A stretch of DNA of 64,000 nt from an uncultured Alphaproteobacteria bacterium. Lineage in GTDB: Bacteria > Pseudomonadota > Alphaproteobacteria > Micropepsales > Micropepsaceae. The stretch lies in the NCBI GenBank assembly GCA_963773575.1, contig CAVZBS010000006.1:68905-132904 (forward strand), read 5' to 3'. Positions 44,874 through 57,716 of the stretch are shown piece after piece (within the stretch, counting starts at the first letter, position 1; the number at the start of each line of letters is the position of its first letter). The translations under genes and the position numbers were made by a program. Under the pieces are notes generated by a model. That model searched no databases, was not told the DNA's origin, and saw only the letters and a program-made list of their open reading frames with translations.

Positions 44874-46280
44874 CGTCTTCAATCGCTTGAAGGATGCGGC
44901 GGGACCCAATGGCTTCAGCCAGGATCCGGCGGAGATCGCGCCGCATCTGGAGGAATGGCGCAGCCGCAGCCATGGCCATAGCCCGCTGCTGCTCAAGCCC
45001 GCCACCACTGCCCAGGTTTCCGCCATCCTGGCGATCTGCCACGAGACGGGTACCGCCATCGTGCCGCAGGGCGGCAATACCGGGCTGGTGGGCGGCGCAG
45101 ATTCCCCTGCACGGCGAAGTGCTGGTGAGCCTGAAGCGGATGAACCGCATCCGCGGCGTGGACGCGCCGGGCATGACGCTCGCCGCCGAAGCCGGCGTCA
45201 CCTTGAAACAGGCGCAGGAGGCCGCCGCCGCCGAACAGCTTCTGTTTCCTCTGAGCCTGGGCTCGGAAGGCAGCTGCACCATCGGCGGCAATATCTCCAC
45301 CAATGCCGGCGGCAACCATGTCCTGCGCTACGGCATGATGCGGGCCTTGGTGCTGGGGCTGGAAGTGGTATTGGCCGACGGCCGGGTGCTGCCGATGCTG
45401 AAATCGCTGATGAAGGACAATAGCGGTTATGACCTGAAGCAGGTCTTCATCGGCGCGGAGGGCACGCTGGGGATCGTCACCGCGGCAAGCTTGCGGCTTT
45501 TTCCCAAGCCGGCGCAGATGGTGACCGCCTTCACCGCCCTGCCCTCGCCGACGGCGGGTTTGCGGCTCCTGGGCCATATGCAGGCCCGCACCGGCGGCCT
45601 GCTTTCCTCCTTCGAGCTGATCTCGCGGCCGACCTTGGATCTGGTGCTCCGGCATATTCCCGGCACCCGCGATCCTTTGTCCGCCCCCTCGCCCTGGTAT
45701 GTGCTGATGGAAATATCCGGCGGGGCGGGCGCCAGCTTGGCAGCCCTCACCCAGGCCGCGCTGGAAGAGGCGATGGCGCAGGATCTGATCGCCGACGCGG
45801 TGCTGGCGCAGAACGAAGCCCAGACCCGGAGCTTCTGGCATATGCGCGAAACCATCTCGGAGGCGGAAAAGCGCGAAGGCGCTTCCATCAAGCACGACAT
45901 CTCGGTGCCGGTGGCCTCGATCCCCGCCTTCATCGCGGAAGCGACCGCGGCGGTGCTGGCCAGATATCCCAGGGCCCGGCCGGTCTGCTTCGGCCATATG
46001 GGCGACGGCAACCTGCATTTCAATTTCAATGCGCCGGTGGGAGAGGATGCCGCCTTTGCCGCCGAGTGGGACGAGGTCCAGCTCATCGTCCACGATATCG
46101 TCAAGCAATATGCCGGCTCCATCAGCGCCGAACACGGCATCGGCCAGATGAAGCGCGATATCCTGCCGCGCTACAAATCCAGCGAGGAGTTGGACGCGAT
46201 GCGGGCGCTGAAGCACGCCTTCGATCCCGAGCAACATCCTCAATCCGGGAAAGACCGTGCCGCCCGTTCAACGTCTCTGA
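44866..46280 (+). CDS. FAD-binding oxidoreductase (D-2-hydroxyacid dehydrogenase-like; frameshifted)
   Basis: PQGGNTGLVGG, GGNISTNAGG, GHMGDGNLH, SAEHGIG, NILNPGK. Confidence 0.88.
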
Positions 46281-46302
46281 AGGCGTTGCTTGGTCGGAAC
46301 CC

Positions 46303-46379
46303 GCCTCCCCTGCGCACGCGAAGCGTGCAAGCGGGGGAGGTGCCCGTAGCACCGATTAGGTGCGAAGGGCGGAGGGGGG
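46303..46379. repeat. REP-like two-hairpin intergenic element
   Basis: GCCTCCCCTGC-GCACGC-GAA-GCGTGC-..GCGGGGGAGGT then GCCC..GCACC/GGTGC..GGGC-GGAGGGGG. Confidence 0.7.
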
Positions 46380-46382
46380 AAA

Positions 46383-48978
46383 TTAAGCCGCCTTGGGTAA
46401 AACCGGTTCGGCCACCAGCGGCTCGGCCTGCTGCCGCTGGTTGGACACGGCGCTGACCGAGGCGGTGAGAAAGGTGGCGGCATAAGGCAGGCTCTGCACC
46501 CCCAGCATCACCATCCACAGGCTGACCGCCGGATCCTCGAAGCCGCGGTCGAAACCCATCGAGACCATCGCCGCCAGCAGGCCCGCCAGCAGCGCCGTCT
46601 CCTGCCACACCACACGCAGGACCTGGCTGAACTGGGCCGGATCGGCGCATTTGGGCGTGCGCAGGAAGGGCTTGCCCGTGGTCAGCAGACCCGACCAGAC
46701 CGCCTTGCCTACCGTGTGGGTCAGCGACAGGCCGGCGACCGACGCCTTCAACGCGCCCATCACGCCGGAACGCACCTTGGGCGGATAAAGCAGCATGGTC
46801 TTGATCAGCTTGGTGGCGAACAGAGCCATCGCCGCCGCCGACAGGGCCGGCATCGGCACATCGATCATGCTGGGCGCGGCCCACATCAGCGCCGTCCAGA
46901 TCAGGGCCGTGCAGGTCACCAACATGCCCAGCCCGTCCGAAATCCAGGGCAGCCAGCCGGACAGGAACTGATAGCGCTGCTCCCAGGACAGAGCCGACCG
47001 GCCCAGAAAAATCTCCCGGGCATGGCGTTTCATGATCTGCATGGCGCCATAGACCCAGCGGTAGCGCTGGGACATGAAGGCTTCCAGCGTATCGGGCTCC
47101 AGCCCAGCGCCCATGGTCTGGGGAATATAGGCGGCCTCGAAACCCGCCTCGAACAGCTTGAGCCCCAGATCGGCGTCCTCGGTGATGCACCATTCGCTCC
47201 AGCCGCCCACTTCCTCCAGCGCCGCCTTGCTGACGATGGTCATGGTGCCGTGCTGGATGATGGCGTTATGCTCGTTGCGCTCGACCATGCCGATATGGAA
47301 GAAGCCGCGATATTCTTCATAGGCCATCGACTTGAACAGGTTTTCGTTGGCGTCGCGATAGTCCTGCGGTCCCTGGACCAGGGCGATGGCGGGCGAGGCG
47401 AACAGCGGCATGGCCCGCCTCAGCCAGAAGGGCTCGACCTGGTAATCGCTGTCGATCACCGCGATATGGCTGGCGGCGGGATCGGTCAGCGCCAAGGCGC
47501 GATTGAGGGCGCCGGCCTTGAACCCGGTCATATGATCGAAATGAAAAAAGCGGAAAGGCGGGCCCAAGGTGCGCACATGCGCTTCCACCGGCCGCCAGGC
47601 GGCCGGATCGGGCGTGTTGTTGTCCAGCACGATCACTTCGAAATCGTCATAGTCCAGCCGCGCCAGGGCATCGAGGGTCTCGATCACCATTTGCGGCGGC
47701 TCGTTATAGGTCGGCACATGCACCGAGACCCGCGGCATCCTTTCCGCGATCACCGAGGGCACCAGGCGGCGGTCTTCGCGCCACAGCGAGGCGGCCAGTT
47801 CGACCCCCTCGGTCAGAATGATGGCGCAGGCGAGCAGCACCAGAGGCGACATCGCGATCATGGCGGCGATGTCGGTGGGATCGATATATTCCAGCGCGGT
47901 GGCGTCGATCACCGCCAGCAAGCCGGTCGAGACCAGCGCGATCAACCCGCCCATCACCAGATAGCCGGTCTGGCGCACCTTGGGCATCCGGCCCAGGATC
48001 AGAAGTCCCAGCGACAGGCTCAGCACCGCCGCCAGCAACGCATAGCCGCGCCATTCCGGGAAGCTGCGCAACAGGCCGGTGAAGGCGAATTTGGGATGGC
48101 CGGTGGCGTCGAACAGGCCCCAATAAGCGCTCAACCGCGCCTTCGCCAGTGCTGTTCTTCCAGGGCTCGTCAAAGGCCTCGAACAGATAATAGTCATAGC
48201 CCTTCTCCTGCGCATATTGGATGAAGGCGCGCATGAAATAAGCCTCATTGGCGACGGAGGCCACCGACCAGCCCCGGGTGCGGCCTTCCGAGGGCCAGCC
48301 GGCCTCGCCGATGATGATGGGCTTGTCGGGAAAAGTCGCTTGGGTGATGTCATAATGCTTGCCGATGAAATGCATCGCCGCCCGCACATCGACATTCTCC
48401 CAATAGGGCAGCAGATGGACGAAGATCACATCGACATGCTTGGCGATGTCCGGCACCACCACCCAGGTGGACCAGGGCTCGGCGGTGGTCACCTTGATCC
48501 GCGCCGGCAAGGCGGCGCGCACCTGGTCGAGATAGGCCTCCAGCTGCTTGGCCGAGACAAAACCGAACAGCTGGGTCTCGTTGCCGACGATCACCCGGTC
48601 GATCACCCGCCGGTTGGCCAACGCGGTCTTGATCGCCAGCGCGATCTGCTGGTCGTTCTTGGCGAGATCGGGACTGATCCAGATCCCCAGCGAAACCGTC
48701 ATGCCGTAGCGGCGGGCGATCTCCGGCACCTTGTCCATGCCGCCATCCACCGTATAGGTGCGGATATGGCCGGTGATGCGGGACAGCAGCGCCAGGTCGT
48801 GGTCGATCCGTTCCGGCGAGACATGCTTCTGGTCGCTGGCGCGGAACAGATGGCTGGGGCTGTAGGCAATGCCGCGCACCTGGCCGTCCCAGTCCGGCGC
48901 CACGATGGTGTAATCCCGGCTGGCCCAGAACAGCGCGCTGGCGCTCACCACCATCGCCAGGGCGATGAAGATGCGCAA
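46383..48978 (-). CDS. GH17 + GT2 fusion, NdvB-like beta-1,3-glucan synthase (frameshift near 48130)
   Basis: GH17 VIVGNE, HLLPYWE, GEAGWPS; GT2 FKAGALN, IDSD, ITED, QRYRW; C-terminal TM helices. Confidence 0.85.
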
Positions 48979-49044
48979 CCGTCCGCCGATCCGGACGCGC
49001 CGACGCAGGAATTGTCCAGATCCGATTCAAGATATCCGGTCCGG

Positions 49045-49578
49045 CTATTGCGGTTGCTGATCTTCCGGATCGTTCGGATCCGGGATATAGCCGGGCTCGC
49101 CTCTCCTGGGCGCCGGCGTGGTCGAAACCAGGGTCATGTCGAACACCAGCGTCTGGTCCGGCGGGATGGCGTTGCCGGCGCCGCGGGCGCCGTAGCCCAG
49201 GTTGGCGGGAATGACCAGCTGCCAATGATCGCCTTCCCGCATCAGCTGCAAGGCCTCGGTCCAGCCGGGGATCACTTCATTGACCTTGAAAGAGGCGGGA
49301 AGCCCGGGCGAGGTGCCGTCGAAGATCATGCCGTTGATCAGCGAGCCGGTATAATAGACTTCGACCGTGTCGGTGGCCGTCGGCCGCTTGCCGAAGCCGC
49401 TCTGGATGATCTTGATCTGCAGGCCGTCGGGCTTGACGATCACACCCGGCTTCTTGGCGTTGGCGGCGAGAAAGGCGGCATTGGCCTTCTCGGCTCAGGG
49501 CGGGGTCCGGAGCTGCGGCAGACGCAGCAACCGGCGCAGCCAGAAGGGCTGTCACCAAAAACGCCGCGAAATTTTCAT
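49045..49578 (-). CDS. FKBP-type peptidyl-prolyl isomerase (frameshifted)
   Basis: Signal peptide, GLQIKII, VIPGWTEALQLM, LGYG, IPP. Confidence 0.88.
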
Positions 49579-49696
49579 TGCCCTCTCCCGTCTTATCTTC
49601 CGCGCCGGAGGAATTTAGCGCGGCCCGGCCGGTCCCGAACAGAGCCAAAACCCTAAAGAATTGAAGGATTTTGGCAATTTTTGGGGTGCCGCGCGC

Positions 49697-50350
49697 CTAA
49701 GCCAGCACTTTCATGACCACATGGATCAGGACCGCAAGGCCGAAAATCGCCACCAGGACGCCCGAACCGCGATTGATGACATGCACCGTGGTGTCGGTGA
49801 TGCGGGTGTGGAAAATGCCGATGATGGTGGTGAGACAGAGCCACCAGCCGGCCGAGCCGCCCACCACGCCGGCCACCACCAGGCTGGCATCGGCATAGGA
49901 ACTGGCCCCGCCCACCAGGGCGCGGAAGCTCGCGAACATGGAGGCAAAGGCGATCAAGGTGGCGGGATTGGTGACGGTGAGCACGAAGGTCGAGGCCATG
50001 GCCCGCGCCAGGGTGGAGGCGCCGGTATCGTGTCTTGTCGCCCTCTTCCATCTTGCTGGTCACCGGCGACAGCAGGGTATGGATTCCGAACCAGACCAGA
50101 AGCGCGCCGCCGACGATCTCGATCACCGACTCGTAGCTTCGAATCAGCTGCGCGATCCAGGTGAGACCGAAAAAGGTGATGATGGCGAAAATCCCGTCGC
50201 CCAGCGCCGCTCCCAGCCCCGACACAAAGCCGTTGACCGGTCCATAAGGCGAAACTGCGCCGGATACAGATGAGATTGACCGGCCCGATCGGGCACCGCC
50301 GCGATCAGCCCCATGATGACGCCGGACAGGATGAAAAGGAAATAACTCAT
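49697..50350 (-). CDS. LysE family translocator (frameshifted)
   Basis: P.GPVN, GLGAALGD, LTVTNPAT. Confidence 0.8.
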
Positions 50351-50415
50351 CGGCAGCCTTGACTGAAGAAAGGGAGCGAACGGAATTTGCGACCGGCCGT
50401 CAAGGCCGCGGACGC

Positions 50416-51766
50416 TCAACTGGAGGAAGCCGGCTCCAAGGTTTCGACAAAACGCATCGGCTTGCCTTTGGCCTCGCCGGTCAGCGCGAAATCGCGCATC
50501 ACGATCCGTCCGGCCAGGATCGCGGCCACCGCCCAGCCCTTGGTTTTCATGCCGTCGAACGGCGTCCAGCCGCATCGCGAGGCGATCCATTTATTCTCGA
50601 TGGTGCGGGTCAAGGCCCATATCGACGATGGTGAAATCCGCGTCATAGCCGCGCGCGATCCGGCCCTTGCCGGCGATGCCGAATATGCGCTGCGGGCCGG
50701 AGGCGGTGAGATCGACAAACCGTTCCAGGGTGAGATGCCCCGTGATTGACGTGATCGAGCAGGATCGTCACCAGGGTCTGCACCCCCGGCATGCCCGACG
50801 GCGTGTCGGGATAGGTCTTGTCCTTTTCCGCCCTTGTATGGGGCGCGTGATCGGAGCCGATCACGTCGATCACGCCGTCGCGCACCGCCTCCCACAGCGC
50901 CAGGCGATGGCTTTCGTCGCGGATGGGCGGGTTCATCTGGGCGTAGCTGCCCAGCCGCTCATAACAGTCCGGGCGCGCTGAGGGTGAGATGCTGCGGCGT
51001 GGTCTCGGCGGTGGCGAAATCCTTGGCCGCCGCCAGCAGCGGAATTTCGTCGGCGGTGGTGACATGCAGCACATGCAGGCGGCGCCCGGCCTGTCTTCGC
51101 CAGTCCCAGCACCCGTTCGGTGGAGGCCCGCGCCGTTTCCGCGTCGCGCCAGATGGGATGGGTCTCAGGCTTGCCGCGCTCGGCCTTGTCCTTGCGCGCG
51201 ATCAGCCGGTCTTCGTCCTCGGAATGCACCGCGACCCGCCGGTTGCCGGCCTGCAACGCCGCGAGAATGTCGGCGGGATGGTTCAGCAGCAGCGAGCCGG
51301 TAGACGAACCCAGAAAAGCTTTGACCCCGCAAACCCCCGGCAGTCTTTCCAGCTCAGCCAGCGCCCCGACATTGGCCGGGGTCGCGCCGACATAAAAGGC
51401 ATAGTCGCACTGCATCCGTCCCTTTGCCCGGTCGAGCTTGTCCTGAATGGCGGCGCGGCTGGTGGTGGGCGGATTGGTGTTGGGCATCTCGAACACGCCG
51501 GTGACCCCGCCCAGAATGGCGGCGCGGCTGCCCGTCTCCAGATCCTCCTTGTGGGCATTTCCCGGTTCGCGGAAATGGACCTGGCTGTCGATCACGCCCG
51601 GAAGCACATGCAGCCCGCGCGCTTCGAAGATTTCCGCGGCCCGCGCCTGGGACAGGCTGCCAATGGCGGCGATCCGCCCCGCTTTAACCCCGATATCGGC
51701 CGGCAGAATGCCGTTCGGGGTCGCGGCCGTGCCGCCGCGGATCAACAGATCGAACGCTTCACTCAT
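50416..51766 (-). CDS. pyrC: Dihydroorotase (frameshifted)
   Basis: DSQVHFREPG, EMPNT, MNPPIR, GSDHAPH. Confidence 0.88.
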
Positions 51767-51831
51767 GGCGGGTCTGGGTACCCCCTCCCCGCCACCTTGG
51801 CAATCTTGACAGAGAGGATTACTTCGGGGCC

Positions 51832-52641
51832 ATGGATCCCCTTCATCTCGAGGACCGCGCCGTGATCGCCCTGGAAGGCGGCGACGCGCGGGAATTTCTT
51901 CAAGGCCTTGTGACCAACGATGTGGGCCGGCTGGCGCCCGGGACGGGGCTTTATGCCGCCCTGCTGACCCCTCAGGGCAAGATCCTGTTCGACTTCCTGC
52001 TGGTGGAAGGCGATGGCGCGCTGCTGCTGGATTGCGCCGCCAGCCAGGCTGAGGCCCTGGTCAAGCGGCTTACCATGTATCGGCTGCGCGCCAAGATCGG
52101 GATCGCGCTTCGCCCCCAGCTGGCGGTCTATGTGGGTCTTTCCGGGCGGCCGGCCGAACGCGCGGTCAGCTTCGCGGACCCCAGGCTCGCGGCTCTGGGC
52201 CCGCGCAGTATCGGGGCCGCCGCCGAGATGCCGGATTTTCTGGAAGGTCCCGCCGCCTATCATGCCGAAAGGCTGGCGCTTGGGGTGCCGGAAGGCGAGG
52301 ATTTCGGCAGCGACCGGATGTTCGCGCTGGACGCCGGGCTGGAGGAACTCCATGGCGTCGACTTCGACAAGGGCTGCTATGTCGGCCAGGAACTGACCGC
52401 CCGGATGAAACATCGCGGCACCGCCCGCAAGCGCATTCTGCCGCTTCGCGCCGGCCAAGCCTTGCCGCCGCCCGGCGCCAGGATCCTGGCCGGCGACACC
52501 GAGATCGGCGAGATCGTCGCCACTTACGGGCTGGAAGGCTTTGCGCTGACCCGCCTCGACCGGCTGGCGGAAGCGCGATCGGAATTGACCGCGGACGGCA
52601 TGAAGGTGACCGTCTCCAAACCCGGATGGCTGTCCCCATGA
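51832..52641 (+). CDS. ygfZ: Folate-binding protein YgfZ
   Basis: LTPQGK and KGCYVGQE. Confidence 0.93.
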   Translation: MDPLHLEDRAVIALEGGDAREFLQGLVTNDVGRLAPGTGLYAALLTPQGKILFDFLLVEGDGALLLDCAASQAEALVKRLTMYRLRAKIGIALRPQLAVYVGLSGRPAERAVSFADPRLAALGPRSIGAAAEMPDFLEGPAAYHAERLALGVPEGEDFGSDRMFALDAGLEELHGVDFDKGCYVGQELTARMKHRGTARKRILPLRAGQALPPPGARILAGDTEIGEIVATYGLEGFALTRLDRLAEARSELTADGMKVTVSKPGWLSP

Positions 52642-53223
52642 AACCGAAGCAACGCTGCGGCTGGCCGGGCGAAGATGCGCTCTATGTCGCCTATCACGAC
52701 CAGGAATGGGGCGTGCCGGAATTCGACAGCCGCGCGCTTTACGAGAAGCTGGTGCTGGACGGATTCCAGGCCGGCCTGAGCTGGATCACCATCCTCCGAA
52801 AGCGGGAGAATTTCCGCAAAGCCTTCCACGAATTCGATCCCCAGCGCATCGCCCGCTATGGCGCCAGCGACATCGACCGGCTGCTCAAGAATGACGGCAT
52901 CATCCGCAGCCGCGCCAAGATCGAAGCCGCGATCAAGGGGGCCAGGCTATGGCTGGAAATCGAAAAGGAACCAGGGCGGCTTCCGCGACTTCATCTGGAA
53001 GCATGTCGACGGCAAGCCCATCGACAGCCGCCACAAGACCCGCGACCAGATTCCGGCCCAAAACGAAATGAGCCAAGCCCTGTCGCGCGACCTGAAACAG
53101 CGCGGGTTCAAATTCTGCGGCCCGGTGATCGCCTATGCCTTCGCCCAGGCCGTCGGCATGGTCAACGATCATGTCGTGACCTGCTTCCGGCATGCGGAAT
53201 GCGCCAGGCTGGACCGGCATTGA
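52638..53223 (+). CDS. tag: DNA-3-methyladenine glycosylase I (frameshift near 52970)
   Basis: YHDQEWG, FQAGLSW, GFKFCGP, NDH...C. Confidence 0.93.
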
Positions 53224-53339
53224 GTCAAACGGTTCCGCGCCCGTCATCATCCGGTTCGGGCGGGGGTTGCGTGCTCTTGAGACCTTCAATGCTCTTGCCG
53301 AGGGTTGAAGCGCCAACCAGAGGTCATTAGCTTTCCGCC

Positions 53340-54376
53340 ATGGTTCTTCCCGATGTCATCGCGGCGATCGGCAACACGCCGCTGATCCATCTCAAGCGGG
53401 CGTCGGAAATGACCGGCTGCGAAATTCTGGGCAAGGCGGAATTCCTCAATCCCGGACAATCGGTCAAGGACCGGGCGGCGCTGTTCATCATCCGCGATGC
53501 CATCCGGCGCGGCGCATTGCGGCCGGGCGGCACCATCGTGGAGGGTACCGCCGGCAATACCGGCATCGGTCTGGCGCTGGTGGCGAATGCGCTGGGCTTC
53601 CGGACGGTGATCGTGATCCCCAATTCCCAGAGCCAGGAGAAGAAGGACGCGCTTCGCCTGATGGGCGCGGAATTGATCGAAGTGCCGCCCAAGCCCTACC
53701 GCGATCCCAACAATTATGTGCGGCTGTCCGGCCGGCTGGCCGGCGGAGATGGCGCGGACCGAAAAGAACGGCGCCATCTGGGCCAATCAGTTCGACAATG
53801 TCGCGAACCGCCAGGCGCATATCGAAACCACCGGCCCGGAAATCTGGCGACCAGACCGGCGGAAAGATCGACGGCTTCATCTGCGCCGTGGGGTCGGGCG
53901 GGACCCTGGCCGGCGCCGCCATGGCTTTGAAAGACCGCAATCCCAAAATCCGCATCGCCGCCGCCGATCCCATGGGAGCGGCGATCTATTCCTGGGTCAA
54001 GACCGGCAAGTTGGAGTCCCAGGGCTCATCCATCACCGAGGGCATCGGCCAGAACCGGGTCACCGCCAACCTGGAAGGGGCGCCGATCGACGATGCCTAC
54101 CAGATCGCCGACGCCGAAGCCCTGCCCATCCTGTTCGACCTTCTGGCGCATGAGGGGCTATGCCTGGGCGGCTCGTCCGGCATCAATGTCGCCGGCGCCG
54201 TCCGGATGGCGCGGGATCTCGGCCCGGGCCATACCATCGTCACCATGCTGTGCGACTATGGCAACCGCTATCAGAGTAAGCTATTCAACCCCGAATTTCT
54301 GAAGGGAAAGGGACTGCCCGCGCCGCGCTGGCTCGCCGAAACGCGCGATGCGATCACCGTCCCTTACGAACCATGA
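53340..54376 (+). CDS. cysK: Cysteine synthase A (frameshifted)
   Basis: NPGQSVKDR, EGTAGNTG, NQFDN, GSGGT. Confidence 0.9.
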
Positions 54377-55203
54377 ACGAGATCGTCTCCGCCGACTGGC
54401 TGAAGCAGCATCTGGGCGATGTGCGGGTGGTGGATGCCTCCTGGTACATGCCCGCCGACAAACGCGACCCCAATGCCGAATTCGAAGCCGGGCACATTCC
54501 CGGCGCGGTCTTCTACGATATCGACGCCCTGTCGGACCGGAATTCGCCCCTGCCCCATATGCTGCCGCCGCCGGAGAAATTCGCCCGCGACGCCGGCGTC
54601 CTGGGCCTGGGCGATGGCGACATGATCGTGGTCTATGACGGCACCGGCATCTATTCGGCGCCGCGGGTCTGGTGGGCCTTCAAGGCCATGGGTCACGACA
54701 AAATCGCGGTGCTGGATGGCGGCCTGCCGGCCTGGAAGGCGGCGGACGGCGCGCTGGAGAGCGGTCCGGCAAGCCCCAAACCCGCCCAATTCACGCCCCA
54801 TCCGAACAACGCCATCCTGCGCGACTTCGCCGCGGTCAAGGCGGCCTTGGGCAACAGCCAGATCCTGGATGCCCGCGGCGCGCCCCGCTTCGAGGGCCAT
54901 GAGCCGGAACCCCGGGCCGGGTTGAAATCCGGCCATATGCCGGGCGCCGCCAATCTGCCTTTCCGCGCGGTGCTGACCGCCGACAACAAGCTCAAGGACG
55001 ATGCCGCCCTGCAAAAGCTGTTCGCCGAAAAGGGCGTGGATCTGCGCGCGCCCATCATCACCACCTGCGGCTCGGGTGTGACCGCCGCCATCCTGATGCT
55101 GGCGCTGGAGAAGCTGGGAAGCCGCCAAGTCGCGCTCTATGACGGCTCCTGGTCGGAATGGGGCGGCCGCGACGACGCCCCGGTGGCGACGGGCCCCGCC
55201 TGA
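54373..55203 (+). CDS. sseA: 3-mercaptopyruvate sulfurtransferase
   Basis: GHIPGA, CGSGVTA, YDGSWSEW. Confidence 0.93.
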   Translation: MNEIVSADWLKQHLGDVRVVDASWYMPADKRDPNAEFEAGHIPGAVFYDIDALSDRNSPLPHMLPPPEKFARDAGVLGLGDGDMIVVYDGTGIYSAPRVWWAFKAMGHDKIAVLDGGLPAWKAADGALESGPASPKPAQFTPHPNNAILRDFAAVKAALGNSQILDARGAPRFEGHEPEPRAGLKSGHMPGAANLPFRAVLTADNKLKDDAALQKLFAEKGVDLRAPIITTCGSGVTAAILMLALEKLGSRQVALYDGSWSEWGGRDDAPVATGPA

Positions 55204-55734
55204 TGCCGGCAACCGGAACCGCCCGCCGGATTCCCATGACCGTCACCTTCCTGGAGATGACGGCCCGGCCTTCGGCGCTGCCGCCGCCCTTTCCCCGCGG
55301 CAAGATCGCCTTCCTCGGGAGCGAGCATCCGCCGGTCCATTTCTACCGCTATCTCTACGACACGGTGGGCGGCAAATATTTCTGGGTGGACCGCAAGAAG
55401 ATCTCCGACGAAAAGTTGGCCGAGATCATCCAGGCGCCCAACAATCATCTTTATATTCTGTACACGGAAGGAACCCCGGGCGGCATGGCCGAACTGGAAT
55501 TGCGCGGCGACGGCACCGCCAATATTTCCTATTTCGGGCTCACCCCGGAGGCCACCGGCACGGCGGCTGGGCTATTTCTTCCTCTATCAGACCTGCATGA
55601 GCGCCTGGGCCCAACCCATTTCCAAGCTTCTGGTCAATACCTGCACCCTGGATCATCCCCGCGCCCTGCCGCTTTATCAGCGCGTCGGCTTCAAGCCCTA
55701 TTCCCGGGAGGAGCGGTTCGTGGAATTGCCCTGA
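55203..55734 (+). CDS. GNAT family acetyltransferase (frameshift near 55560)
   Basis: VTFLEM, FYRYLY, YFGLTPE, NTCTLDHPRALPLYQRVGF. Confidence 0.8.
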
Positions 55735-55781
55735 CGCAGGTTTGCGGGCAAAGTCGCTCGAGGGCAACACCAGGGCGCGGC

Positions 55782-57716
55782 ATGACTCCCTCAGACGGCA
55801 AAGAACTCACCTGGCGCGGGGTCGCGCTGGGCTCGGGCCTCACCCTGATCTTCACCGCCGCCAATATCTATCTGGGACTGAAAGTCGGGCTCACCTTCGC
55901 CACCTCGATCCCGGCGGCGGTGATTTCCATGGCGCTGCTGGGCTTCTTTCCCGGCTCCAATATCCGCGAGAACAATATCGTGCAGACGGTCTGCTCGGCG
56001 GCCGGCGCCTTGGCCTCGATCATCTTCGTGCTGCCGGGGCTGGTGATCGTGGGCTGGTGGACCGGCTTTCCGTTCTGGACGTCGTTTTTGATCTGCGCCG
56101 GCGGCGGCGTGCTGGGGGTGCTGTTCACCATTCCGCTCCGCCGCGCCCTGGTGACCAATTCCGATCTTCCCTATCCGGAAGGCGTGGCCGGCGCCGAAGT
56201 GCTGCAAGGTGGGCGCCGACACCGCGTTCCGGCAATCCGGAAGCCCAGGAAGGCCTGCTGGCGGTGATCTATGGCTCGCTTGCCTCCGCCGGACTTGCGC
56301 TCACTACCGCCATGCGCCTGGCGGCCGACAGCGCCGCCGGTTTCTTCCGGTTGGGCGCCGGCGCCACCGGCTATACTTTTTCCTTTTCCCTGGCGTTGAT
56401 GGGTGCCGGTCATCTGGTCGGCATTTCGGTGGGCGTGGCGATGATCCTGGGCATTTTGATTGCCTGGGGCGGCGCGGTGCCCATCCTCACCGCCATGACG
56501 CCGGTGCATGGCGATCTTGCCAGCTTCGTGATGGGCGTCTGGAGCAGCAAGGTGCGCTTCATCGGCGCCGGGGCCATGGCGGTGGCGGCGGTCTGGTCCC
56601 TGCTCAGGACCCTGGGCCCAATCCTGACCGGGTTGGCGGAAACCGTGCGGGTGCGTTCGGTGCTGGCGCCCGGCGATCACACCGACCGCGATATTCCGCT
56701 CAACCTGGTCATCGCGCTGGCGGTTGCCGCCACCGTGATCACCACCGCACTGGTGTGGCGGTTCAGCGCCGACGCGTCCCTGGGCGGCCAGGCCGTCGCC
56801 ATCGCGGGACTTTCGATCCCCCTGATCCTGATCGGCGGCTTTCTGGTGGCGGCGGTGTGCGGCTATATGGCGGGACTGATCGGTTCGTCCAACAGCCCGA
56901 TTTCCGGCGTCGGCATCCTGGCCGTGGTCGGGACCGCGGTCTTTCTGGCGGCGCTGTTCGGCGGCGAGGGCCGCAACACTTCCGCGCTGGTCGGCGGTCG
57001 CGCTGTTCATCACCTCCATCCTGTTCGCGGTGGCCTGCAGTTCCAACGACAATCTGCAGGATCTCAAGACCGGGCAACTGGTCGGCGCCGCGCCCTGGCG
57101 GCAGCAGGTGGCCCTGCTGATAGGCGTCGCCGCGTCTTCGGTGACCGTGCCGCTGGTGCTCAATCTGCTGGCCAAGGCGTACGGCTTCGCCGGCGCCGCC
57201 AATCTTCATACCATCACTGCCCAGCCGCTGGCGGCGCCGCAGGCCAATCTGATTTCCATCCTGGCGAAAGGTGTGGTCGGCGGCACGCTGAACTGGAACC
57301 TGATCGGGACCGGCGTCCTGATCGGTCTCGCCATTGTGGTGGTGGACGAATTCATGCGCCTGCGCGGCTGGCTGCGCATTCCGCCGCTGGCGGTCGGTTT
57401 CGGCATCTATCTGCCGATGGATGTGACGGCGACCGTCGCTTTGGGGGCTTTCATCGGCTGGCTCTATAACCGCCGCGCCAGGGACGAACGCACCAAGCGG
57501 CTGGGCGTGTTGGTCGCGTCCGGCATGATCGTGGGCGAAAGCCTGTTCGGGGTGGTCAATGCCGGCCTGATCGTGGGCTTCAACCATGACGCGCCGCTGG
57601 CGGTGGTGTCCGCGGCGTTCAACCTCGCGCCCGGCATCGGGCCGCTCGCGTTTCTGTTGCTGGTTGTACTTCTTTATGGCTGGCTGGTCCGGCGCACGCC
57701 GGGGACGGCCGCATGA
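55782..57716 (+). CDS. OPT family oligopeptide transporter (frameshifted)
   Basis: YLGLKVGLT, ENNIVQT, YPEG, GSSNSPISG, LQDLKTG. Confidence 0.9.
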
